A DNA stretch of 64,000 nucleotides from Burkholderiales bacterium (lineage in GTDB: Bacteria > Pseudomonadota > Gammaproteobacteria > Burkholderiales > SG8-39): positions 67,059 to 131,058 of the forward strand of contig DASRFM010000031.1 of NCBI GenBank assembly GCA_035651575.1. The letters are read 5' to 3'. The stretch's first letter is position 1, and each line of letters begins with the position of its first letter. The notes under the pieces were generated by a model that worked only from the letters and a program-made list of their open reading frames with translations, ran no database searches and was not told where the DNA came from. Shown here one piece after another: positions 1 to 8,428 of this stretch. The translations under genes and the position numbers were made by a program.

Positions 1-515
1 GCCAGCTGCGCAGCCACGGCATCACGCGGGACGCCTCCCGCATGCACGGCGAACCGCACGGCCCCTGGTACTACGAGCAGCTCGAGCTCGGCTACAACTA
101 CCGCATGACGGATCTCCAGGCCGCGCTGGGCGCAAGCCAGCTCGGCCGGATCGGCGAGTTCCTGCAGCGGCGCCGGGCGCTCGCCGCGCGCTATGCGGGC
201 GTGCTGCGCGGGCTGCCGCTCGAGCTGCCGCCGCCCGACGAGCGCTCGGCATGGCATCTCTACGTCGTGCAGGTGGACGCAGGCGTGCGGCGCAGGACGG
301 TGGAGCGTATGCGCGCCGCCGGGATCGAGGTGAACGTGCACTACATCCCCATCCACCTGCATCCGTATTACCGCGCGCTCGGCTTTCGCGAAGGCGATTT
401 CCCCGCGGCCGAGCGCTTCTACGCGCGGGCGATCTCCCTGCCGCTCTTCCCTGCGCTGAGCGAAGCGGAGCAGGACCGCGTGGGCTCGGCGCTGCGCGAC
501 GCGCTTCGGCCGTGA
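1..515 (+). CDS. pseC: DegT/DnrJ/EryC1-type PLP aminotransferase, C-terminal part (PseC-like); 5' end lies outside the window
   Basis: The frame runs to the window edge. The translation (YNYRMTDLQAALG...NVHYIPIHLHPYY...ISLPLFP) matches the conserved C-terminal half of sugar aminotransferases. It is the first gene of a pse-type gene order. Confidence 0.8.
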   Translation, partial: QLRSHGITRDASRMHGEPHGPWYYEQLELGYNYRMTDLQAALGASQLGRIGEFLQRRRALAARYAGVLRGLPLELPPPDERSAWHLYVVQVDAGVRRRTVERMRAAGIEVNVHYIPIHLHPYYRALGFREGDFPAAERFYARAISLPLFPALSEAEQDRVGSALRDALRP

Positions 516-1264
516 ACGCCGTGGCGATCATCCAGGCGCGCATGGGCTCGACGCGCCTGCCCGGCAAGGTGCTGCGCACGCTCGGAACGAAAAGCGTGCT
601 CGCGCATGTGGTCGAGCGCGTGAAGCGCTGCAGCGTGATCGACGCCGTCGTGGTCGCCACCACGAGCCGCGAAGCGGACGACGCCGTGGAGGAGGAGGCG
701 CGCGCGCACGGGGCGGCGGTCTTTCGCGGCAGCGAAGAAGACGTCCTCGATCGATATCATGGCGCGGCGCGCCGGTTCGGCGCGGACACGATCGTGCGCA
801 TCACGTCGGACTGCCCGCTGCTCGACGCCTCGCTGACCGACGCCATCGTGCGCCGCTTCCTCGCCGCGCGAGACGGCCTCGACTATCTCAGCAATACGCT
901 CGTGCGCACTTATCCGCGCGGCCTCGACACCGAGGTCTTCAGCTTCGCGGCTCTGGACGCTGCGCAGCGTGAAGCGCGCGAGCCGCACCAGCGCGAGCAC
1001 GTCACGCCGTACATCTGGGAGCATCCCGAGCGCTTCCGCGTCGCCCAGCACACCGGGACGCCCGACCGCTCGGCACTGCGCTGGACCCTCGACACCGAGG
1101 AGGACTGGCGCTTCCTCGCGGCGGTATTCGCCGCTGCCGGCGGCGCCCCGGGCGACACGCAGGCGCTCGTGGAGCTCCTCGAGCGCCGGCCGGAGCTCGC
1201 CGCGATCAACGCGCACGTCGAGCAGAAGAGGTCTGGGCCTGGGCCACGCAGCGTTCCGCGTTGA
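512..1264 (+). CDS. SpsF/COG1861-like cytidylyltransferase (acylneuraminate cytidylyltransferase superfamily); likely the CMP-nonulosonate activating enzyme
   Basis: GTG at 512 overlaps the pseC stop (GTGA). The N-terminus VNAVAIIQARMGSTRLPGKVL and the ITSDCPLLD motif are typical of SpsF-type cytidylyltransferases. Confidence 0.7.
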   Translation: MNAVAIIQARMGSTRLPGKVLRTLGTKSVLAHVVERVKRCSVIDAVVVATTSREADDAVEEEARAHGAAVFRGSEEDVLDRYHGAARRFGADTIVRITSDCPLLDASLTDAIVRRFLAARDGLDYLSNTLVRTYPRGLDTEVFSFAALDAAQREAREPHQREHVTPYIWEHPERFRVAQHTGTPDRSALRWTLDTEEDWRFLAAVFAAAGGAPGDTQALVELLERRPELAAINAHVEQKRSGPGPRSVPR

Positions 1265-2264
1265 CGCCTCCGCCGCGCTCGGCACCGGGCATTTCGTCCG
1301 TTGCCTCGCGCTTGCCCGCGCGCTGCAGGAGAAGGGCTGGCGGGCGAGCTTCCTCTGCCGCGGGCTGCCGCCGGCGCTGCGGCGGCAGGCGCTCGAGCGA
1401 GGGGTGCACCTGCTGCAGCTGGCGGACGCCACGGCCGGATGGCAGGGCGATGCGGCGCAATGCAGGGCGGCGCTCGGCGCGGCGATGCCGGAATGGCTGG
1501 TCGCCGACCACTACGCGCTCGATGCGCGCTGGGAGCGCGCGATGCGCGCGCCGGGCATGCGAATCGCGGTGGTGGACGACCTTGCCGATCGCGCGCACGA
1601 CTGCGATCTGCTGGTCGATGCCTCCGGCGGGGGAGAGCGGTACCGAGGCCTGGTCCCGGAATCGGCCCGGGCGCTTTGCGGGCCGCAGTTCGCGCTGCTG
1701 CGGCCGGAATTCGCGGCCGCACGCGCGCACGCCGCGCCGCGCACGCGCGTGGCGCGGATCCTCGTCGCCTTTGGCGGCGCCGACGCGGGCGGCGACACGG
1801 AGAAGGCGCTTCGCGCGCTGCGCGGTGCCGCGGGACTCCATGTCGAAGTCGTGGCCGGCGCGCTCAATCCGCGCCGCGCCGGGATCGCGGCGCTCTGCGC
1901 CGAGCTGCCCTCGGCGCAGTTCGTCGGCGAGACCGACGACATGGCTCGCCTCATGGCGCAGGCCGACCTCGCCATCGGCGCCGCCGGCGGCACGACGTGG
2001 GAGCGATGTTGCCTATACTTGCCTGCCGTGATTCTTCTCGCCGCCGCCAATCAGGTCACCCTCGCGCAAGCCGCAGCCCGGCAGGGTGCGGCGCTCGACC
2101 TCGGCTGGCCCGCTGCCGGCACGGAGGAGCGCCTCGCACACGCGGTCGAGGCGTTGCGCCGCGAGCCGGCGCGGCTCGCGGAGATGTCGCGCCGCGCCGG
2201 CGCGCTCGTCGACGGCCTCGGCGCGCGCCGCGTGGCCGAGGCCATGGAGGCCGCGTGCGCATAG
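1233..2264 (+). CDS. pseG: UDP-2,4-diacetamido-2,4,6-trideoxy-beta-L-altropyranose hydrolase (PseG-like, GT-B fold)
   Basis: FRVDASAALGTGHFVRCLALARAL is the PseG N-terminal motif, and AIGAAGGTTWERCCL lies in the C-terminal half. No in-frame ATG/GTG/TTG exists between 969 and the motif, so the start is placed at an in-frame CTG and is uncertain. Confidence 0.65.
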   Translation: MGLGHAAFRVDASAALGTGHFVRCLALARALQEKGWRASFLCRGLPPALRRQALERGVHLLQLADATAGWQGDAAQCRAALGAAMPEWLVADHYALDARWERAMRAPGMRIAVVDDLADRAHDCDLLVDASGGGERYRGLVPESARALCGPQFALLRPEFAAARAHAAPRTRVARILVAFGGADAGGDTEKALRALRGAAGLHVEVVAGALNPRRAGIAALCAELPSAQFVGETDDMARLMAQADLAIGAAGGTTWERCCLYLPAVILLAAANQVTLAQAAARQGAALDLGWPAAGTEERLAHAVEALRREPARLAEMSRRAGALVDGLGARRVAEAMEAACA

Positions 2265-2908
2265 CCGTCCTGTGCTCCGATGCCCGCCACCCGGTGTTCG
2301 GCTGGCTCGAGCGCTGGCGCGCCCGGCGGGCCGGCACGGACGACGTGGCGCTCGCCACGCAGAGCGCGGCGCTGGAAGGCGGCGATTTGCTGCTTCTCGT
2401 GTCGTGCCATGAGATCCTTGCGCCCGAGCTGCGCGCGAAATACCGCAAGGTCCTGGTGCTTCACGCGAGCGACGTGCCGGAGGGACGCGGCTGGTCGCCG
2501 TACATCTGGCAGGTGCTGGAAGGGCGCAACCGCATCGTCGTCTCGCTTCTCGAAGCGCGCGATGCGGTCGACTCCGGCGCGGTCTGGGCGCAGCGCGCGA
2601 TCGCGCTGGAAGGCCACGAGCTCCTGCCCGAGATCGAGCAGAAGCTCTTCGCCGCGGAGCTCGACCTGATGGACTTCGCCGTGGCGCATCTCGACTCGGC
2701 GGCACCGCGGGAGCAGGATGCGGCGCGCACGCCCACCGTGTACCGGCGCAGGACGCCGGAGGACAGCCGGCTCGATCCGACGCGCTCGATCGCGGAGCAG
2801 TTCGACCTGCTGCGGGTATGCGATGCGGAGCGCTATCCGGCGTTCTTCGAGCTGCGCGGCTGCCGCTATATCGTCACGGTACGCAAGGCCGAGCCGCCGG
2901 GCGCATGA
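2255..2908 (+). CDS. Formyltransferase-family protein (Fmt N-terminal-domain-like), in the position usually held by PseH
   Basis: GTG at 2255 overlaps the pseG end by 10 nt. LVLHASDVPEGRGWSP corresponds to the H-x-S-x-L-P-x-x-R-G formyltransferase motif. 217 aa. Confidence 0.65.
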   Translation: MRIAVLCSDARHPVFGWLERWRARRAGTDDVALATQSAALEGGDLLLLVSCHEILAPELRAKYRKVLVLHASDVPEGRGWSPYIWQVLEGRNRIVVSLLEARDAVDSGAVWAQRAIALEGHELLPEIEQKLFAAELDLMDFAVAHLDSAAPREQDAARTPTVYRRRTPEDSRLDPTRSIAEQFDLLRVCDAERYPAFFELRGCRYIVTVRKAEPPGA

Positions 2909-3975
2909 GCGCCGCGCCGCGCATCGTCGTCGCGGGACGGTCGATCGGACCGGGAGAGCCGCCCTTCGTCATCGCCGAGATGTCGGGAAACCACAACCAG
3001 TCGCTCGACCGGGCCCTGCAGATCGTCGAGGCCGCCGCGCGCGCGGGCGCGCACGCGCTGAAGCTCCAGACCTACACCGCCGACACGATGACGCTCGATG
3101 TGCGGAGCGACGGCTTCGTCGTGCAGGACCCGTCCAGCCCTTGGCATGGCGAGGCGCTCTACGCGCTCTACCAGAAGGCGCACACGCCGTGGGAATGGCA
3201 CGAGCCGATCTTCCGGCGCTGCCGGGAGCTCGGCCTGCTCGCCTTCAGCACGCCGTTCGATGCCACGGCGGTGGATTTCCTGGAAAGCCTCGACGCGCCC
3301 TGCTTCAAGATTGCTTCCTTCGAGAATGTGGACCTGGCGCTCATCCGCAAGGCGGCGGCCACCGGCAAGCCGCTCATCGTCTCGAGCGGGCTCGCGAGCG
3401 AAGCGGAGCTTGGCGAGGCGGTGGCTGCGGCGCGCAGCGCCGGGTGCCGCGAGCTGCTGCTGCTGAAGTGCACGAGCAGCTACCCCGCTTCGCCGGCGGA
3501 GAGCCACCTCGCGACGATTCCGGACATGGCACGCCGCTTCGGTTGCCTCGTCGGCGTCTCCGACCACACCCCGGGCATCGGCGCGGCCGTCGCGGCCGTG
3601 GCCCTCGGCGCGGTGGCGATCGAGAAGCACCTGACCCTCGCGCGCGGCGATGGAGGCGTCGACGCGGCGTTCTCGCTGGAGCCCGAGGAGCTCCAGCGGC
3701 TCGTCGCGGAGAGCCGGCGCGCCTGGGAGGCGCGGGGAAGCGTGCACTACGGCCCTTCCGAGGGCGAGAAATCCTCGCTCGTCTTCCGCCGCTCGCTCTA
3801 CGTGGTGCGCGACATGAAGGCCGGCGAGCGTTTCACGGGCGAGAACGTGCGCGCCGTGCGGCCGGGCTACGGCCTCGCGCCGAAGCATCTCGACGAGGTG
3901 CTGGGGAAACCCATTCGCCGCGCCGCCGAGCGCGGCACGCCGCTCACCTGGGACCTGGTGGGCGAAAGGCCCTAG
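2905..3975 (+). CDS. pseI: Pseudaminic acid synthase
   Basis: ATGA overlap with the upstream gene. Motifs PFVIAEMSGNHNQSL, LKLQTY, FKIASFE and VSDHT, plus a C-terminal SAF-like domain (VRPGYGL), are typical of NeuB/PseI synthases. Confidence 0.9.
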   Translation: MSAAPRIVVAGRSIGPGEPPFVIAEMSGNHNQSLDRALQIVEAAARAGAHALKLQTYTADTMTLDVRSDGFVVQDPSSPWHGEALYALYQKAHTPWEWHEPIFRRCRELGLLAFSTPFDATAVDFLESLDAPCFKIASFENVDLALIRKAAATGKPLIVSSGLASEAELGEAVAAARSAGCRELLLLKCTSSYPASPAESHLATIPDMARRFGCLVGVSDHTPGIGAAVAAVALGAVAIEKHLTLARGDGGVDAAFSLEPEELQRLVAESRRAWEARGSVHYGPSEGEKSSLVFRRSLYVVRDMKAGERFTGENVRAVRPGYGLAPKHLDEVLGKPIRRAAERGTPLTWDLVGERP

Positions 3976-5222
3976 CCGCCGGCGATCGAGCGGTACAGCG
4001 CGCCATAGCTCTGCGCCTGCCGGTCCAGGGTGAACTGCGCTTCCACCATCGCGCGCGCCCGGTGGCCCATCTCCTCGCGCTCGCCGGGATGCTCGTCCAT
4101 CCAGCCGATCGATTCGGCGAGCGCGGCCGGGTCGCCGGCGCGCGCCAGCAGGCCCGTGCGCCCGGGAATGACCATGTCGGGGATACCGCCGGTGTCGAAG
4201 CCGACCACGGGTCGCGCGCAGGCCATCGCCTCGAGCGCGGTCTGGCCGAAGGCCTCGGCGAGAGACGGAATGACGAAGACATCGGCGGCGCCGTATGCCG
4301 TCGCGAGCGCGTCTGCCGAGGAAAGCGCGCCCAGCGAGCGCACCGGCGGCAGCTCCGCGGGAAGCTTCGGCATCGCGTCGCCGAACGCGAGGGCGAGGAG
4401 GCGCGGCCGCGAGCGCAGGCGGCCCAGCGCCGCAAGCATCTCGGGCATGCCTTTGCGGCGGTTGGCGTGGGTCTGGGCGCCGAAGCACACGATGAAGGCG
4501 TCTTGCGCGAGGCCGAGCGCGCGGCGGCATTCCGTGCGCGGCTTTGGCGAGAACGCGGCGACGTCGACGCCGTAGTGGATCGTCCGGAAGCTGCGCGCCT
4601 CCGCGAGCACGGCGCTGCGGCGCGCCTCGCCTTCCAGCCAGCGGCTGTCGGCCACGACGTGCAGGTTGCGCCCGCGCAGCGCATCGCGCTTCAGCAGGAA
4701 GTTCTGCCTGGAGGGATCGCTCTCGGCGCGCAGGAACCCGAGCTGCGGGCAGGAGCCGCAGGCACGCGTGAAGCGCTCGCAGCCGAAGCTGTAGTGGCAG
4801 CCGCCGGTGAACGCATGCATGTCGTGCAGCGTCCAGACGACCGGAAACGGCGCGGGCACGCCGGAAAAGAAGGACCGGTAGGCGAGGAAGCCGGCCGTCC
4901 AGTGCAGGTGCAGGACGTCGGGTGCGAATCCCGGCGCGCGCGCGGAGAGCGGCAGGGCATGGCGGCTGTCGCTGAAGATCTCGTAGTCCACCCGCCGGCC
5001 CCAGAGCCACGGCGCCATGCTGCGGATCTGGAAATGCTGCCACCCTGCGCGCAGCGCAGCCGCCAATCCGGTGGCGTACGGTACGTAGGTCGGGTCCGGC
5101 GCTGCGCCGAAGGGATACAGGAAGCGGCTCTCCACGCCTTGCCCGGCGAGCGAATCGTGCAGGCGGCGGGCGGCGATCGCCGCGCCGCCCGACAGCCCCG
5201 CGTTCACGTGCAGGACCTTCAC
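3972..5222 (-). CDS. Glycosyltransferase family 4 (GT-B)
   Basis: 416 aa. The C-terminal region VFVIPSLAEAFGQTALEAMACARPVVGFDTGGIPDMV is the EX7E-type GT4 signature. Confidence 0.8.
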   Translation of the reverse strand: MKVLHVNAGLSGGAAIAARRLHDSLAGQGVESRFLYPFGAAPDPTYVPYATGLAAALRAGWQHFQIRSMAPWLWGRRVDYEIFSDSRHALPLSARAPGFAPDVLHLHWTAGFLAYRSFFSGVPAPFPVVWTLHDMHAFTGGCHYSFGCERFTRACGSCPQLGFLRAESDPSRQNFLLKRDALRGRNLHVVADSRWLEGEARRSAVLAEARSFRTIHYGVDVAAFSPKPRTECRRALGLAQDAFIVCFGAQTHANRRKGMPEMLAALGRLRSRPRLLALAFGDAMPKLPAELPPVRSLGALSSADALATAYGAADVFVIPSLAEAFGQTALEAMACARPVVGFDTGGIPDMVIPGRTGLLARAGDPAALAESIGWMDEHPGEREEMGHRARAMVEAQFTLDRQAQSYGALYRSIAGG

Positions 5223-6703
5223 TCCACCGCTCTCGGATCGATTCCGAGCTCGCGCGCGGCGCGCGCGATGGACGCTTCGCCGCGTCCCAGCAGCCGGCCG
5301 ATGGCGCCTGCGGCGATTGCCGCGCCGCGCGGGCGCAGGCGAACGGACTTGAACTCGCCCTCGAACACCCCGCTCGCGCGGAAGTACCTGAACGGGGTGC
5401 CGAAGGTCTTGCGGTGGTAGCCGTAGATGAGCGCGCCTTCGAGCGGCGCCGCCGGCAGCTCAGCGTGCACCAGCCTGACGAGCTCGTCGTGCGAGCCGGC
5501 GTTGTAAGTGGAGCCGAGCCGGTGATAGAGGCTCACGCCGGCGAGGATGGAGGGCTTGCGCCAGAACGTCGCTTCAATGCCCATCGAGGAGCCGAAGGTG
5601 ATCGCCTTTTCGGCATTGAAGAGCAGCGCGTAGGAGCTGACCGGGCTGTCGGCCGGGATGAGCGCGAAGTTGGGTGCCCGCAGGGCAGCCAGCTGCGCCG
5701 TGAACGCATCGCTCACGCCGCGCAGGTTGGGGTGGACGCGCAGGTACAGCCTCATGCGCGCGTCGTCGCCGAGCGAGGCGAGGATCCGGCGCAGGCCGTC
5801 GATCTGGCTCTCGTAGACCGGCGAGCGCCATTCGTCGGAATAGGCGGCGAACTCGTCCTCCGAGGAGTTGTAGAGAACGATGTTGCGCTTGGACGCATCC
5901 CACCCCGGCGGCAGCAACCCCGCGCGCTGCTCGCCGGTGTAGGAGAACCAGGTCTGCACCACGCCGCGGGAGAGCTCCTGGTAATAGGACTCGGCGACCT
6001 GCGCGCGCGTCTGGGGATCGGCCGCGGCCCACGATTCGCGCGCCATGCGCTCCGCGGCGGCGAGCTCGTAGGGAAGGTGGTTGCGGAACAGGGCGTAGCG
6101 CTGCAGCGTGCTGCCGACCTCGTGCACATAGACGTCCACGCCGGCCTGCTGGCCCGCGCGCAGGACGGCCCGCGTCGAAGCGTAGCGCCCGTTGTAGACG
6201 TAGACGCGGCCGGGGGCTTCGTCCGCGAGGTAGTTGCGCCATGACAGGAACACCGCGTAGCTGCTGAGCAGCAGCCTGCGCAGGAGCCGGGCGATCTGCG
6301 GGTCGCGCAGGTCCGGCGAGGACGAGCGCAGCACCGAGATGAGCGAGGAGAGCGCCGCGTAGCCGAGGTCGAAGCCCTCGACCCGGCAGCGCTTCAGCTC
6401 TTCGACGTCGGCGAAGTCCAGCTGCAGCGCGCGCAGCGCCGCGGCGTCGCGCTCCGCGAGCCGGAAAAGCGGGAGCGTGCGCACCGGGCGCGTGAGCAGC
6501 CGCAGGCCGTGGACGCGACGGTCCACGCACGCGGCGCAGACATTGAAGGCATGCCGGGGGTTCGCGTCGCAGCTGAAGAGCTCCGCGTCGCAGCCGAGCA
6601 GCGCGACCTCGTCGCCTTCGTCGAGGTGCTTCTGCATGAGCTCGAGAGAGGTCTCGTAGTGCGGCGTGTTGACGGCGAACGGCGCCGCGAAGAGCACCTT
6701 CAT
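5219..6703 (-). CDS. Capsule_synth (KpsS/KpsC)-like protein; candidate nonulosonic-acid transferase
   Basis: Start is set at MKVLFAAPF (ATG 6703), preceded by GGAGG...GAAGGA and overlapping the upstream stop (ATGA). Motifs NSSEDEF and LYLRVHPN resemble capsule-synthesis family proteins. The family call is by eye only. Confidence 0.45.
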   Translation of the reverse strand: MKVLFAAPFAVNTPHYETSLELMQKHLDEGDEVALLGCDAELFSCDANPRHAFNVCAACVDRRVHGLRLLTRPVRTLPLFRLAERDAAALRALQLDFADVEELKRCRVEGFDLGYAALSSLISVLRSSSPDLRDPQIARLLRRLLLSSYAVFLSWRNYLADEAPGRVYVYNGRYASTRAVLRAGQQAGVDVYVHEVGSTLQRYALFRNHLPYELAAAERMARESWAAADPQTRAQVAESYYQELSRGVVQTWFSYTGEQRAGLLPPGWDASKRNIVLYNSSEDEFAAYSDEWRSPVYESQIDGLRRILASLGDDARMRLYLRVHPNLRGVSDAFTAQLAALRAPNFALIPADSPVSSYALLFNAEKAITFGSSMGIEATFWRKPSILAGVSLYHRLGSTYNAGSHDELVRLVHAELPAAPLEGALIYGYHRKTFGTPFRYFRASGVFEGEFKSVRLRPRGAAIAAGAIGRLLGRGEASIARAARELGIDPRAVE

Positions 6704-7539
6704 GCTTCCTTCACCGCCTCCAGGTAGAGCGAGTTCGGCCGCACGACGTGGCCCTCCGCGCTGACGTCGAGGTGGAACGAAGGCCATTCCGGGATGAGGC
6801 TTGCGTGCGCCGTCTGGGCGACGACCCGGCCAAAGCCGGCGCGGCTCAGGAGCTGCCCGAGCGAATGCGCGTCGTACATCCACTGGTGGGCTTCGCCCGA
6901 GAGGCGAAAGCGGCCGATGGCGAGCGCGCGCGCGGCGCGCGGCCCGAGGAGCGTCGTCGCGATCACCTGCTCATAGCGGCGCCGCAGCGCGCCCGGGAGG
7001 TAGCGCAGGCGATGGCGCCACGGGGAAGCGCGCGCCGCGCCATCGAAGACCTGTCCGGCTTCCTCGCCGAGCCGGCTGCGCACGAATGCGTCGTTTGCCG
7101 GCCGCCGGCGGAGGTACGCGAGCATCTCGCCGCCGCTGCGCTCGCGGGCGAGCTGGTCGACGAGCTCGGTCGTCATCCATTCGTGGTCCTGCGCTGCGCC
7201 GGGCGCGCCGGCGCGCGCGCGCTCGAGCGCTGCGAGGTAGGCACGGCAGGCATCTTCCAGGTCGGGCACTACGACGCGCAGCACGCCGCCCGCCTCGAGA
7301 ACGCGGCGGCATTCCGCGAGGAACGGCAGCACGGCATCGCGCCGCAGGTGCTCGAGCACGTGCGAGTGGTAGACCGCCGCGCAGCTCGCGTCGGCGAGCG
7401 GCAGGCCGCGCTCGGCGTCCCAGGCACGCACGCCCGGCACGGCGGGAGCGACGTCGAGGTTGAGCCAGGCGTCGTGCGCGCGGCTGCCGCAGCCGACGTT
7501 CACGTAGCGCGAGGTGCCGGCGGCCGAGGGACGTATCAT
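6700..7539 (-). CDS. Class I SAM-dependent methyltransferase
   Basis: RYVNVGCGS (motif I), AVYHSHVLEHL and GGVLRVVVPD. Start is at MIRPS (ATG 7539..7537). Confidence 0.75.
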   Translation of the reverse strand: MIRPSAAGTSRYVNVGCGSRAHDAWLNLDVAPAVPGVRAWDAERGLPLADASCAAVYHSHVLEHLRRDAVLPFLAECRRVLEAGGVLRVVVPDLEDACRAYLAALERARAGAPGAAQDHEWMTTELVDQLARERSGGEMLAYLRRRPANDAFVRSRLGEEAGQVFDGAARASPWRHRLRYLPGALRRRYEQVIATTLLGPRAARALAIGRFRLSGEAHQWMYDAHSLGQLLSRAGFGRVVAQTAHASLIPEWPSFHLDVSAEGHVVRPNSLYLEAVKEA

Positions 7540-8428
7540 GGAGCCCGATGATAAGGGCAAGGCAGCGGGCATGAGCGCGGCGCAAGGCGCGGAACCTCTC
7601 GTCTCGCTCATCACTGCCACGCTCAATGCGGCGCGCGACCTGCCGCCGACGATCGCCTCGATCGCGCGCCAGCGTGGCGTCTCGTTCGAATGGATCGTGG
7701 TCGATGGCGGCTCCGCAGACGGCACGCTCGAGCTGCTGCGGCGGCACGCGAATCTCGTGCGCCACTGGAGGAGCGAGCCCGACGCCGGCATCTACGACGC
7801 GTGGAACAAGGGCTGCGCGCTGGCGCGCGGGCAATGGCTGCTGTTCCTCGGGGCGGGCGACGAGCTCGAAGGTCCGTCCGCCCTGGCCGCCTTCGCCGAG
7901 GCGCTCGGGCGCGCGCACCCTGAGCACGACCTGGTCTACGGCAGGCTGCGCTATATCAGCGCGGCGGCGCGCGCCGAGCTCGACGAGGTCGGCGAGCCCT
8001 GGGACAAGCTCGCCAAGCGCTGGGAGCTCGGCCGTCCGGCGCTGCCGCCCAACCAGGCGCTTTTCTACCATCGCTCGCTCTTCGGGCCGGGCCGGGGCTT
8101 CGACGCGCGCTACCGCATCGCCGGAGACGCGGCTTTCCTTCTGCGCCACGCGCTCGGCAAGCCGCCGCTCTTCGTGCCCCGCACGCTGGTGCGCGTGCAG
8201 ATGCGAGGCGCCTCCATGGATCTCGGGCACGCCGCCCAGATGGCGGGCGAGATCCGGCGGCTGACGCGCGAGCTCGGCCTGCGCGCGCCGCCCGGCCACC
8301 GCCTCGCCGAAACGCTGCTCCTCGCCGCGAAAGTCGGCGTCTCGAAGATGCCGGCGTGGCTCGGCATGCCGATCGCGGACGGCTATCGCCGGCTGCGCGG
8401 CCGCCCGAAGCGCTGGAGCGTGCGATAG
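7538..8428 (+). CDS. Glycosyltransferase family 2
   Basis: LVSLITATLNAARDL, WIVVDGGSADGT, DAGIYDAWNKG and FLGAGDEL. ATG 7538 has GAGGGA 6 nt upstream; ATG 7571 is an alternative start. Confidence 0.75.
   Translation: MEPDDKGKAAGMSAAQGAEPLVSLITATLNAARDLPPTIASIARQRGVSFEWIVVDGGSADGTLELLRRHANLVRHWRSEPDAGIYDAWNKGCALARGQWLLFLGAGDELEGPSALAAFAEALGRAHPEHDLVYGRLRYISAAARAELDEVGEPWDKLAKRWELGRPALPPNQALFYHRSLFGPGRGFDARYRIAGDAAFLLRHALGKPPLFVPRTLVRVQMRGASMDLGHAAQMAGEIRRLTRELGLRAPPGHRLAETLLLAAKVGVSKMPAWLGMPIADGYRRLRGRPKRWSVR

Noticed and set aside
2718-5420. Very long ORFs (900 aa on the plus strand at 2718-5420; 725 aa on the minus strand at 2866-5043) spanning pseI and the GT4 gene.
   Set aside because: Their translations are Arg/Ala/Gly/Pro-rich low-complexity sequence, typical of off-frame or antisense reading in 70% GC DNA. 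They overlap genes with clear family motifs. The same reasoning applies to 21458-24085 (+), 30029-31996 (-), 52306-54723 (+), 56712-59162 (+) and 58394-61162 (+).
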